Shown here: piece by piece, positions 26,023 to 34,981 of the stretch
How the letters are laid out: each line of letters starts with the position of its first letter
How positions within the stretch are numbered: the stretch's first letter is position 1
DNA from: Acidobacteriota bacterium
Lineage (GTDB): Bacteria > Acidobacteriota > Aminicenantia > UBA2199
Direction of reading: 5' to 3'
Assembly (NCBI GenBank): GCA_022711715.1
Contig: JAKLEC010000002.1
Span: 5,881 to 69,880 of the forward strand
Length of the DNA: 64,000 bases
Notes under the pieces: model-generated
Told to the model about the DNA's origin: nothing
The model's input: the letters and a program-made list of their open reading frames with translations, nothing else
Databases searched by the model: none
Translations under genes and position numbers: made by a program

Positions 26023-27819
26023 ATGACGTCTCCCGCCCAGGAACAGCGCGACCTGATCGCCCAGTGGGCCTTCGATGCCCGCCCCATCCTCGGCCGCTTC
26101 CACCTCTGGCTGGAGAACGTCGAGGTCTCCTGGACGCGCGGCGAGCCGGCCAAGGAGTTCACCAGCGACATCTCCTTCATGGACGGCTCGATGGAGCGCC
26201 TCTTCGCCGTCACCGGCGCCGTGACCGCCCTGGGCACCCGCCTCTTCGGCCGCTACGGCGCCGGCAAGGGGCTCGACAAGGCCGGGCTCAACCAGGCCAA
26301 GAAGGAGGCCGACGCCATCTCGGCCTACGCCATGAGCGAGAGCCTGTGGTACCTGTCGCGCCAGCTGCCCGAGAACCACGCCATCATGGTCTGCGTGGGC
26401 GAGGGCCTGATGCCCAAGGCCGGCGAGACGCCGGAGATGGGCTCCAATCCCCAGCTGGGCTTCGGCCGCGTCTATGCCCGGCCCTCGGTGGCCCGCTGGC
26501 TCGACCGCCGCGTGGTGCGCCTGCTCAATGAGGATGGCTACGGCTGGGGCCAGTTCTACCGCGACATCAAGGCCGCGGGCATCACCGTCTGGGGGGCCGC
26601 CATCGACACCCTGGAGAACACCTCGCGCTTCTCCAAAGGTGCCCAGACCGGGCCGATGACCGTGCTCCATCTCTTTGACCAGCCGCTGGCCATCACCCGC
26701 CCCTACGAGGGCTACATGGGCAACCTGTTCCTGCCCAAGGCGGTGGCCGAGCGCGCCGCCGAGGAATCGATCCTCATCACCTTCCGCACGCCGCGCCACC
26801 AGGTACTGCAGGCCATCCGCCTGGCCTATCCCAACATCCCTCCCGAGCGCATCCATGTCTGGACCCTCGGCGGCAAGAGCCGCGAAGGGCGCATCGGCGG
26901 CCTGTGGAAGGAATGGACCGACCTGGGCGTCGACATCGTGGGCGACGAGTTCATGCTTCCTTCGGGGATGAAGGCCTTCAGCGAGTCGGGGACCTACGCC
27001 CCGACCTACCATATCGGGCCCTATGAACAGGACGGCGAGCGCCACCTGTTCCTCTGCGACGGTTACGCCGCCTCGGCCGAGGCCATCCAGGCCGCCAGCC
27101 TGGCGCCGATGCTGGGGCTGGCCGCCTACATCTGTCCCTTCACCTCGACCTTCGAGGTGGCCTACGACCGCGAGCGCCTGGTGATGGGACTCGATGCCGA
27201 AGCCGGCGACTTTGCGGAGCGTCTGGGCGATGTCCTGGGGCGAAGCGCCGACGCGGGCACGGCCGCCCGCTTCCGGGAAATGATCGCCGACGCCCGCGAT
27301 GCCGGCATCCCGGTGGGCAAGCCGTCCGTCGAGGCCGGCGACTTCTTTCCCGAGAAAAAGTGGGACGTGCTGGCCGTCTCGGGCTACATGTGCCCCGATC
27401 CCTATTCCGGGGCGCCGGGAGTGGAGGAAGCGGGCCCGGGACGCTACCGGGTGACGGTGCGCCTGGCCAGCGCCCGCGGCGACAAGCGCATCACCTTCAC
27501 GCTGCGGCTGATGGAGACCCTGGAGCAGAGCCGGCTGGTCTTCAACCCCCTGCTCAACCGCTTCATGGCCGGCGAGGACTACGAGCACCGGCCGGTGAAG
27601 ATCTCCGACTCGGGGCGCATCCGCAACGAACTGCAGACGCTTTGCTCGGAGGCGCTGGAGTTCCCGCAGCAGGACCATATCCGCGTCCTGTTCGACCGCA
27701 TCCCGGCCGAAGTGATCCCCCCCCCGGCGCAGGCCAAGCTGCTCGAGATCCTGCGCTGGTACAAGAAGCACCATCCCATCTGGTTCTCCTGGCTGGAGAT
27801 CGCCCCGCAAAAGCGGTGA
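26023..27819 (+). CDS. Large divergent GlpX-like (class II fructose-1,6-bisphosphatase fold) protein of unknown function
   Basis: Track ORF trimmed to MTSPAQEQRD (good SD). By eye collinear with E. coli GlpX blocks: VCVGEGL vs VIGEGE; AAIDTLENTS vs AVDPIEGT; FRTPRHQVL vs AKPRHDAV; DGYAASAEAIQAASL vs GIGGAPEGVVSAAVI. Carries large insertions, and the DGD position is not conserved. 598 aa versus ~330 aa. Confidence 0.5.
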   Translation: MTSPAQEQRDLIAQWAFDARPILGRFHLWLENVEVSWTRGEPAKEFTSDISFMDGSMERLFAVTGAVTALGTRLFGRYGAGKGLDKAGLNQAKKEADAISAYAMSESLWYLSRQLPENHAIMVCVGEGLMPKAGETPEMGSNPQLGFGRVYARPSVARWLDRRVVRLLNEDGYGWGQFYRDIKAAGITVWGAAIDTLENTSRFSKGAQTGPMTVLHLFDQPLAITRPYEGYMGNLFLPKAVAERAAEESILITFRTPRHQVLQAIRLAYPNIPPERIHVWTLGGKSREGRIGGLWKEWTDLGVDIVGDEFMLPSGMKAFSESGTYAPTYHIGPYEQDGERHLFLCDGYAASAEAIQAASLAPMLGLAAYICPFTSTFEVAYDRERLVMGLDAEAGDFAERLGDVLGRSADAGTAARFREMIADARDAGIPVGKPSVEAGDFFPEKKWDVLAVSGYMCPDPYSGAPGVEEAGPGRYRVTVRLASARGDKRITFTLRLMETLEQSRLVFNPLLNRFMAGEDYEHRPVKISDSGRIRNELQTLCSEALEFPQQDHIRVLFDRIPAEVIPPPAQAKLLEILRWYKKHHPIWFSWLEIAPQKR

Positions 27820-27834
27820 CGCGGCCGGATTCCT

Positions 27835-28215
27835 CTACTTGCGGACGCGGATGGCCAGGCCGCGCATCACCTTGTCGCTGGACACGACGCAGGGCGCGGC
27901 GGCACCGTTGACGCTCAGCCGGTCCTCCATTTCCCCCAGGATCAGGCCGTTGGCCCCCAACATCGCCGCCCTGGCTCGCAAACGGGCGACCAGGTCGGCG
28001 TAGTCCAGGTTCCCCCACACCTCCTCGGCGAAGACCAGGGCGAGCTTGTCAAAGGCGCCGGGTACGTCCTTCTCGCTGAGATAGACCTCCACGGTGCCGG
28101 GTTCGGCCGCCGGCAGGTCTCCAGCCCCCGACAAGCGGATGGAGCTGGTGCGCACCATGCAACCGGCTGCGGCCAGCGCGGCCAGGACCAGGACGAGGAT
28201 CGCCTTCCGTCTCAT
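27835..28215 (-). CDS. Small lipoprotein of unknown function
   Basis: MRRKAILVLVLAALAAAGC lipobox; 126 aa. Confidence 0.6.
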   Translation of the reverse strand: MRRKAILVLVLAALAAAGCMVRTSSIRLSGAGDLPAAEPGTVEVYLSEKDVPGAFDKLALVFAEEVWGNLDYADLVARLRARAAMLGANGLILGEMEDRLSVNGAAAPCVVSSDKVMRGLAIRVRK

Positions 28216-28330
28216 GTTTCCTCCTTGCCGGGCCTCCACGGGGAGCGCCCGAAATTGAACTGCAATTTCGCTGCCAGCAGGGAAGGGGACGGAGTGTCCT
28301 GAAAAGCGGACAGGCGTGGATGGCCGGCGG

Positions 28331-29329
28331 CTAAACCGACTTCAGCGACTGGACCGATTCTTCGGGGGAGATGGGGTTGATGTAGAAGCCGGTGCCCCAT
28401 TCGAAGCCGGCCACGCGCGCCAGCACCGGCATGAACTCGACGTGCCAGTGGTAGTAGTCGCCGACGTTGTTGCAGCACGGGGCGTTGTGGATGATCAGGT
28501 TGTAGTCGGGGCGGCTCAGCAGCCGGCCCACCCGGCCCAGGACCTCGCCCAGGATGGCGCTCAGGGCTTCCAGCTCGCCGTCAGGGGTGGCCTCGAAAGT
28601 CGGGTTGTGGCGCTTGGGGAAGACGGCCAGCTCGAAGGAGAAGCGCGGGGCATAGGGGGCCAGCACGATGAAATGCTCGTTCTCCACGAGAAGGCGGCGG
28701 TCGCTGTCGCTCTCGTACTGGATGATGTCGCAGAAGATGCAGCGCTCCTTCAACTCGAAGTGGGCGCGCGCCCCCTCGATCTCCTCCTGGACGCGCAGCG
28801 GCACCACCGGCAGGGCGATGAGCTGGGTGTGGGAATGGGAGAGGGTGGCGCCGGCGGTGGGGCCGAAGTTCTTGAAGACCATGATGTACTTGAAGCGCGT
28901 GTCCTTCTTCAGGTCCAGGACGCGGGCCTTGGCGGCCAGGAGCGAGTTGCGGATCACCGCCGTGTCGCCGTCGAACCAGGTGTGCTGGTGGCGCGGCGTC
29001 TCGATGAGCACCTCGTGGGCGCCGATGCCGCTGATCTTGTCGTAGAAGCCCTCGCCGCTCTTGCGCAGGCTCCCCTCGATCCTCAGGGCGGGAAACTTGT
29101 TGGGCACCACGCGCACGTCCCAGCCCGGGCCGTTGGCGGCCGAGTGCCCGGGGCGCAGGGCGAAGGTCTCGGGCGGGGTCATGGCCTCGTTGCCGGGACA
29201 GAAGGGGCAGTTCTCCGGGATGGAGATGTCCTTGTCGACCACGATCTGGTAGTACCGGGGCCGCTTCTTCCTCTCCTCGGAAATGATGACCCAGGTGCCG
29301 GTGATGGGGTCCTTGCGCAGCTCGGGCAT
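28331..29329 (-). CDS. galT: Galactose-1-phosphate uridylyltransferase-family (HIT superfamily) nucleotidyltransferase
   Basis: Track ORF trimmed to MPELRKDPITGTWVIIS. Zn site CPFCPGNE, active-site HSHTQL (HxHxQ), second half-domain ...HWHVEF. Confidence 0.85.
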   Translation of the reverse strand: MPELRKDPITGTWVIISEERKKRPRYYQIVVDKDISIPENCPFCPGNEAMTPPETFALRPGHSAANGPGWDVRVVPNKFPALRIEGSLRKSGEGFYDKISGIGAHEVLIETPRHQHTWFDGDTAVIRNSLLAAKARVLDLKKDTRFKYIMVFKNFGPTAGATLSHSHTQLIALPVVPLRVQEEIEGARAHFELKERCIFCDIIQYESDSDRRLLVENEHFIVLAPYAPRFSFELAVFPKRHNPTFEATPDGELEALSAILGEVLGRVGRLLSRPDYNLIIHNAPCCNNVGDYYHWHVEFMPVLARVAGFEWGTGFYINPISPEESVQSLKSV

Positions 29330-29331
29330 GG

Positions 29332-29688
29332 TCACTCCGTGAAGGCGCCCTCGATGTGGTCGCAAACCGGCCCGTCGCCGCCGGGCAGGACCGAGACCAC
29401 GTCGAAGCGCACGCGGTGGCCGCGCCAGGGCCGGCGCGCCGAAAAGACCCTGGCGGCGCGGATGATGCGCCGCTGCTTCGCCGGGGTGACGAACGCCACG
29501 GGCTCGCCGTGGTCGCAGGCCTTGCGCGTCTTGACCTCCACGAAGCACAGGATGTCGCCGATGCAGGCCACCAGGTCGACCTCGGCGCCGGCGGCGCGGA
29601 AGTTGGGCTGGACGATCTTGTAGCCCTTGGCCTTCAGGAAGGCGGCCGCCGCCTTTTCGCCGCTGAGCCCGACGTCCCGGCTGTCCAA
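29332..29688 (-). CDS. yraN: YraN-family (UPF0102) endonuclease-like protein
   Basis: GEKAAAAFLKAKGYKIVQPNFRAAGAEVDLVA...FVEVKTR pattern. Confidence 0.85.
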   Translation of the reverse strand: MDSRDVGLSGEKAAAAFLKAKGYKIVQPNFRAAGAEVDLVACIGDILCFVEVKTRKACDHGEPVAFVTPAKQRRIIRAARVFSARRPWRGHRVRFDVVSVLPGGDGPVCDHIEGAFTE

Positions 29689-29695
29689 TGGCCTC

Positions 29696-31021
29696 CTATT
29701 TCAGGCGGGAGCGCTTCTCCGCCATCTTGATGTTCAGGGTCTCCAGCTCGGCCAGGACCGGCAGGTAGACGTCGGGGGTGACGGGGATGAACACGCCCTG
29801 GCGGGTGATGCGGCCCTCGGCGATCAGGCGCGTGCCGATGGCCATGGGCAGGCTGACGGTGCGCGCCATGGAGCTGTCGCCGAAGGGGATGCCGAAGTCG
29901 ATCAGCGTCGAGGTGATCAGGTCGCGGGTCTTGTCCTTGTTCTCGACCACGAAGCGGTGGCGCAGCAGCAGCAGGTCCTTCTCGCCCTCCTTGAAGAAGA
30001 GCTTCTTCTGCAGCTGGGCGCTCAGAACGTCGAGATAGTTGCCGGCCTCGGGGATCGTCTCGCCGGAAAACAGCCCCAGCCACTCGAGGCGCTTCATGAC
30101 CGCCGATGAGGCCGCGATGCCCAGTTTCCTGGCCGTCTCCTTCTTGACGTCCTGGCCGGGGGCGGCGCCGACCAGTCCGGCGGTCATCTGCTTGAAGGAG
30201 ATGCCCTTCAGCCCGGCCTGCGGGGTCTCGTCGACCAGCCCCAGCTCGACGATCTTCTTCAGCGTCTCGCACCAGCCGATGTTGCGGTAGGTGCCGCGGA
30301 TGACGGTCAGGGCGTCCTTCAGTCCGTACAGCTCCTTGTAGGGCACCGAGTCGCGGTTGGGGTAGACCTCGAACTTGCCCAGCCCCTCGACCTCCTCCAC
30401 CTTGGGGGCGGCGAACAGATCTTTGCCCGGGATCTCGACGATCCTGCCGTCCTCGAGGAAGCGGGCCGAGTTGCGCGAGGCCAGCACGACGCCGCGCGGG
30501 CTCCAGGAGAACTTGTAGCCGAACGGGTTGTCGTTGTGCTCGGGGGCCGGCAGGCCGCCGCAGTAGGAGTGGAAATGCAGCACCTTGCCGCCCTCGGCCT
30601 CGACCTGGTGGATGATCTTCATGGCCGACATGTGGTCGATGCCGGGGTCGACGCCGATCTCGTTGAGGAAGATGAGGCCCTTGGCCAGGACGGCGGGGGC
30701 CAGCTTCTTCATCCCCTCGGAGACGTAGGAGGTGGTCACCATGTTCTTGCCGTGCTCCAGGCACAGGCCGGCCACCTTGACGTGGTGGATCCAGGGCAGC
30801 AGGCTGATGACGATGTCGTTTTGGGCGATCAGTCCGGCCAGCTGCTTCTCGTTTTCCACGTCGACGGGCAGGGCGCGGCCGTTGGCGAAGCCCTTGACCA
30901 GGTTCTCGGCCTTGCTGACGGTGCGCGAGGCGACGGTGACCTGCAGTCCCTTCTGCTCCAGCAGGTAATGGACCCCGGGGCGGCTGACCAGCCCGGCTCC
31001 CAGCACCAGTATCTTATTCAT
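29696..31021 (-). CDS. Saccharopine dehydrogenase (NADP+, L-glutamate-forming; LYS9 type)
   Basis: ILVLGAGLVSRP Rossmann motif, IGVDPGIDHM, YCGGLPAPEHNDNPFGYKFSWSPRGVVLA. Nearly collinear with yeast Lys9 / the animal AASS SDH domain as I recall them. Confidence 0.85.
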   Translation of the reverse strand: MNKILVLGAGLVSRPGVHYLLEQKGLQVTVASRTVSKAENLVKGFANGRALPVDVENEKQLAGLIAQNDIVISLLPWIHHVKVAGLCLEHGKNMVTTSYVSEGMKKLAPAVLAKGLIFLNEIGVDPGIDHMSAMKIIHQVEAEGGKVLHFHSYCGGLPAPEHNDNPFGYKFSWSPRGVVLASRNSARFLEDGRIVEIPGKDLFAAPKVEEVEGLGKFEVYPNRDSVPYKELYGLKDALTVIRGTYRNIGWCETLKKIVELGLVDETPQAGLKGISFKQMTAGLVGAAPGQDVKKETARKLGIAASSAVMKRLEWLGLFSGETIPEAGNYLDVLSAQLQKKLFFKEGEKDLLLLRHRFVVENKDKTRDLITSTLIDFGIPFGDSSMARTVSLPMAIGTRLIAEGRITRQGVFIPVTPDVYLPVLAELETLNIKMAEKRSRLK

Positions 31022-32339
31022 GCGTTCCTCCTTTTCGCAGGAAATCCTTCATGTAGGCGTAGTCGGCGGTGAACTCCCCCCGGTGCAGCAGCAGCGCCTG
31101 GCGGACGGGGAAAGGCAGCCCCAGAGCGTCAATCGGCCGGCCGAAGTCGGCGCCGGCGATGGCCGGCACGAAGTCGCGCAGCACCCGCGAGAACTCCAGC
31201 GATGACTCGCGCGGGAACTCGCAGGGCAGGTTGTCCACGGCCATGACCGTCGTCCCCAGCGCCTCGACGCCGTCGGCGAAGCGGTCCTCGCCGGCGAAGT
31301 AGGTGAAGAAGGCGTGGTCGGGCTTGGTGGCCTTGTGGGTGATCTCGATGGAGCCGTCGATGTCGCAGGAGATGTCGCCGATCACCTGCAGGCGGGGCGT
31401 CGATTCCAGCACCGTGCGCTGCTTCAGGTAGGACTTGGTCACCAGGCGCGGGTATTTTTCGGTCCAGTAGATGCAGTTGACCAGCAACGAGAGCTGCGGC
31501 AGGTAGTTCTCGAACTTGCTCTCGTAGCGCTCGGGGTGGGCGTAGTATTCCTGCAGGTCGAAGGCGCCCTGGAGCGGCCGCACCATGTCGTCCTCGCCGA
31601 ACACCACTTTGACCAGGTTGAGGGTGTCGCTGCTGAAGTTGTCGATCATCTCCAGCAGCGCCTCGGCCGAGAGCACCTTGTGCGGCAGCAGGTCGAAGAT
31701 CTCCTGGGCGCCGCGCGATACGTTGCCGTAGCCGGCGAAGCCCACCACCAGCGGGCACAGCTCCTCGGGGAATCCCTTGCCGTCGATCTCGGCGCCGACG
31801 GCCTCGACCGCCGCCTTGGCCTCCTCGAGGGTGGCATAGCGGTAGGCCTGCTGGATGCGGGCGAAGGGGCTGGCGATGCCGCGGGCCTGCAGCTTCAGGC
31901 CGAAGCCGTGCAGGGTGTCGAGCATGCCGGCCAGGCCGGCGAAGCGGCCGAAAAAGATCAGGCGCCGGTTCTTCTCGTCGATGACGCGCTCGTAGTCGAT
32001 CAGGCTGCAGCGCCGCTCCACCATGGTGCGCAGCATGTCCATGTTGTAGGGCTGGCCCTTGATGGTGTGCGAGAAGAAGACATAGGTGCGGTCCGGGCGG
32101 AACATGGCCGCGGGGATCTCCTTGACGGCGAAGACGGTGCCGGCGCCGCCGATGTCCTCGCTGACCTCGGCGCCGGCGGCGCGGTACTCGTCGTCGCGGA
32201 ACACGCGGATGGGGGAGGGCTGGACGACGGTGCGGATGCCGTGCTTCTCACGCAGCCAGCGCACGTCGTCGGGGACCAGGGGAACCCGCCGTTCCCACTC
32301 GTTCTTGTCTTCCCTGCGGATGCCGATGATATTGTCCAT
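31014..32339 (-). CDS. Lysine-ketoglutarate reductase-like protein (LKR/LOR domain; alanine dehydrogenase/PNT-type N-terminus)
   Basis: Track ORF trimmed to MDNIIGIRREDKNEWERRVPLVP. SHTIKGQPYNM and IGDISCDIDGSIE motifs as in the LKR half of bifunctional AASS. 8-nt overlap with the SDH gene. Confidence 0.75.
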   Translation of the reverse strand: MDNIIGIRREDKNEWERRVPLVPDDVRWLREKHGIRTVVQPSPIRVFRDDEYRAAGAEVSEDIGGAGTVFAVKEIPAAMFRPDRTYVFFSHTIKGQPYNMDMLRTMVERRCSLIDYERVIDEKNRRLIFFGRFAGLAGMLDTLHGFGLKLQARGIASPFARIQQAYRYATLEEAKAAVEAVGAEIDGKGFPEELCPLVVGFAGYGNVSRGAQEIFDLLPHKVLSAEALLEMIDNFSSDTLNLVKVVFGEDDMVRPLQGAFDLQEYYAHPERYESKFENYLPQLSLLVNCIYWTEKYPRLVTKSYLKQRTVLESTPRLQVIGDISCDIDGSIEITHKATKPDHAFFTYFAGEDRFADGVEALGTTVMAVDNLPCEFPRESSLEFSRVLRDFVPAIAGADFGRPIDALGLPFPVRQALLLHRGEFTADYAYMKDFLRKGGTHE

Positions 32340-32449
32340 GGGTTCCTCTGGATCGCTGCTTGGCTTAGTTTGTACTTTAACAAAATATCGGCGGCGAGTC
32401 AACCGCTGCCGCTGCCGCAGCGGCTGAGAAAAAGTCCTGCCCGAGCTTC

Positions 32450-32592
32450 AAGGTTCGACGTTCGAGGTTCGACGTTCGACGTAACGAAGGCCAATTCGCT
32501 TAGGTGCTAAGGATTTCTAGATCAGGTACTGATCGCACAAACGCCTTTACCGTAAGCCGTGCGCCGTGCGCCGTATGCCGAGTATCGAGTAT
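32450..32592. repeat. Modular repeat element R3 (GTTCGAC array + core + CCGTNNG array)
   Basis: GTTCGAC GTTCGAG GTTCGAC GTTCGAC GTAACGA (32453-32487). Core AGGCCAATTCGCTTAGGTGCTAAGG... Then CCGTAAG CCGTGCG CCGTGCG CCGTATG CCGAGTA TCGAGTA (32550-32591). Homologous to 39753-39941. Confidence 0.9.
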
Positions 32593-32593
32593 G

Positions 32594-34273
32594 TCAGTAA
32601 AAGCCCAGCTGCCGGACTTCCAGCCATCCCGCGGCGCCGTCCTCGGCGATGCCGCCGTCGACGAGGATGAACAGGGCGTCGACGTCGCGGCGCCCCTCCG
32701 CCGTTCCCGTCCCGTAGAGGCGGTGGCAGCGCGCGAAGGGGATGGCCAGGCGCCGCCACTGGACGTCGGCGCGGAAGGAGTGCTGGAATGCCGACCCGGC
32801 CCCCGGCCCGGCGGCGCGCACCTGCAGCCAGGCGCGCAGGGGCCGGCTGGAGCGGGTCTCCAGCACGATGCCGCGGTAAGCGGAGAGGTCGAGGCGGCCG
32901 CGCCGGGCCAGGGCCACCCAGAAGTCAGGCGAGGAGGGCGTCTCGCGGCGCAGGACGAAATCCAGGCGGGCGTGGGGCGGGCCGTCGGCGCCGGCGACGG
33001 CCGTCGCCGCGCCCTGCGAGCGGCGGTTCTTTTCCAGCTGGAAGCGCGGCGCGCCGCCGTCGAGGAGCGCCCGCGCCGGCGGCGGCGGGGAGACCTGCGG
33101 CGCCGGAGTCTCCGGCCGCGCGACGAACAGCGGGTTGGCCAGGATCCAGGGCAGGCGGCGGAGGCGGCCGGAATGGAGGTACACCTCGCAGCGGTAGACG
33201 CCCGGAGCGTCCACCGCGACCTCGATCTTGGAGCGGGTGCTGTCCGTGAAGGAGCGGAACGCCGCGCCGTCGCGCAGCAGGCGCACGTCGACCGCGAAGG
33301 GGAAGGGCAGGCGGATGACCAGCGCGCCGCCGGCGCGCTCGGCGCTGCCGCCCATCTCGACGCGGCGGCCGTCCGGCTCGCGGTAGTAGAACTCGAAGCC
33401 GTTGGCCGCGGCCAGCGACTCGATGGCCGAAAAGAAGTCGCCGCGGCGCAGGGCGGCGATGACGGCGCCGGCGGCCGCGTTGGCGTCGGCGGCCGGCTCA
33501 CCGCCCGTGTGGGCGTAGACGCGCAGGATGCGGAACATGGCGGCATAGGAGGGGAAGCCCAGCCGGGCCTTGTCGCCCAGCTCGATCTTGGCGTGGGCGT
33601 CGAGGGCGTAGATGCCGTAATAGCGGCCTTCGCGGCAGAGGCGGTCCCAGAGGGCGAGCTCGCGCCGCGGGGATGAGATCACGGCGGTCAGGGCGTAGTC
33701 GGGGCTCAGCAGGTACTGCAGCGGGAACAGGGTCAGGACGTAGGCCATGTTCCTCTTGGCCATCTGGTAGAGGCTGACGACTTCGAGGCCGGTGAAGCCG
33801 CGCGCCGCTTCGTCGGTCCAGGGGATGCGGCCGTCGAAGGGATGGGAGAGGAAGGTCACGCCGCCGTCATGCCGCACTTCGTCGATCGCCTCCTGGGCCT
33901 CGGGCGGGTAGCGGAAGGCGGGGAGGCGGTAACCGGCGGCGGCCAGGTGGCCGGCATGGAGGGAGAACTCCGAGCCGCCGATGAGCAGCACGTCCCGGCG
34001 CCAGGCGGTGGCGGCGCTGGCGGCGCGGTTGGGCCGGCCGTGGTCGGTGAGGAGCACGAAGTCCAGCCCCTGGCCGGCGGCGGCGCGGCAGATCTCGTCC
34101 ACGCCGCCCAGGCCGTCGGAGAAGGTCGAGTGCAGGTGGAACACGCCCTTCAGCCAGCCGGAGGGCAGGGGGCGGTTGTTGACGCGCTTCTGGAAGGAGA
34201 GGCCGTTGTAGGCCACGACCGCCAGGACGGCGGCCGCCAGCAGGGCGACCCCCCTGGCGATGCGCCTCAGCAA
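32594..34273 (-). CDS. Membrane-anchored PHP-domain (CehA/McbA-like) metallohydrolase with uncharacterised C-terminal half
   Basis: N-terminal TM helix GVALLAAAVLAVVAY; PHP motifs GVFHLHSTFSDG, LTDHG, SHP; ~300 C-terminal residues without a motif I recognise. Confidence 0.7.
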   Translation of the reverse strand: MLRRIARGVALLAAAVLAVVAYNGLSFQKRVNNRPLPSGWLKGVFHLHSTFSDGLGGVDEICRAAAGQGLDFVLLTDHGRPNRAASAATAWRRDVLLIGGSEFSLHAGHLAAAGYRLPAFRYPPEAQEAIDEVRHDGGVTFLSHPFDGRIPWTDEAARGFTGLEVVSLYQMAKRNMAYVLTLFPLQYLLSPDYALTAVISSPRRELALWDRLCREGRYYGIYALDAHAKIELGDKARLGFPSYAAMFRILRVYAHTGGEPAADANAAAGAVIAALRRGDFFSAIESLAAANGFEFYYREPDGRRVEMGGSAERAGGALVIRLPFPFAVDVRLLRDGAAFRSFTDSTRSKIEVAVDAPGVYRCEVYLHSGRLRRLPWILANPLFVARPETPAPQVSPPPPARALLDGGAPRFQLEKNRRSQGAATAVAGADGPPHARLDFVLRRETPSSPDFWVALARRGRLDLSAYRGIVLETRSSRPLRAWLQVRAAGPGAGSAFQHSFRADVQWRRLAIPFARCHRLYGTGTAEGRRDVDALFILVDGGIAEDGAAGWLEVRQLGFY

Positions 34274-34980
34274 GCGAGAAGCTCCTTCATGCGCGCCACC
34301 GCCTCCTTCATGCCGACGAAGGCGGCGTTGGCCACGATGGAGTGGCCGATGTTGAGCTCGGCGATCTCGCGCATGGCGGCGATGGGGCCGATGTTTTGGT
34401 AGGTCAGGCCATGACCGGCCAGCACCGTGAAGCCGAGCTTGCGGGCATAGGCCACCGCCTTGGAAATCTTCTCCAGCTCCAGCTGGGCGTAGCTGTTGGC
34501 GCAGTTCACGGCATAGTCGCCGGTGTTCAGCTCCACGGCGCGGATGCCCAGGCGATGGCAGGCCTTCACCTGCTCGACGCCGGGGTCGATGAAGATCGAT
34601 ACGCCGATGCCGGCGGCCATGAGGTTGCCGGACACTTCCTGCACCTTCTCGGCGAACATGATGACGTCCAGGCCGCCGCTGGTGGTGACCTCGTCCTTGC
34701 TTTCCGGCACCAGGGTGCAGACGTCGGGCTTGTACTTGAGGGCGACCTTGACCATCTCCATGGAAACGGCCATCTCCATGTTCAGCTTGGTCTTGATCAC
34801 GCGGCGCAGGATCTCGACGTCGCGCTCCTGGATGTGGCGGCGGTCCTGGCGCAGGTGCACGGTGATGCCGTCGGCGCCGCCCATCTCGGCCAGGGCGGCG
34901 GCGTACACCGGGTCGGGCTCGTTGGCCATGCGCGCCTGGCGGATGGTGGCGATGTGGTCGATGTTGACGCTGAGTTTCAT
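34267..34980 (-). CDS. pdxJ: Pyridoxine 5'-phosphate synthase
   Basis: LSVNIDHIATIRQAR, ITVHLRQDRRHI, ELNIGHSI motifs. Confidence 0.93.
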   Translation of the reverse strand: MKLSVNIDHIATIRQARMANEPDPVYAAALAEMGGADGITVHLRQDRRHIQERDVEILRRVIKTKLNMEMAVSMEMVKVALKYKPDVCTLVPESKDEVTTSGGLDVIMFAEKVQEVSGNLMAAGIGVSIFIDPGVEQVKACHRLGIRAVELNTGDYAVNCANSYAQLELEKISKAVAYARKLGFTVLAGHGLTYQNIGPIAAMREIAELNIGHSIVANAAFVGMKEAVARMKELLAC

Positions 34981-34981
34981 G

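Noticed and set aside
32405-32424. GCCGCTGC/GCAGCGGC palindrome as a terminator
   Set aside because: There is almost no loop, and the flanking A/T runs are on the wrong side for termination in either direction.
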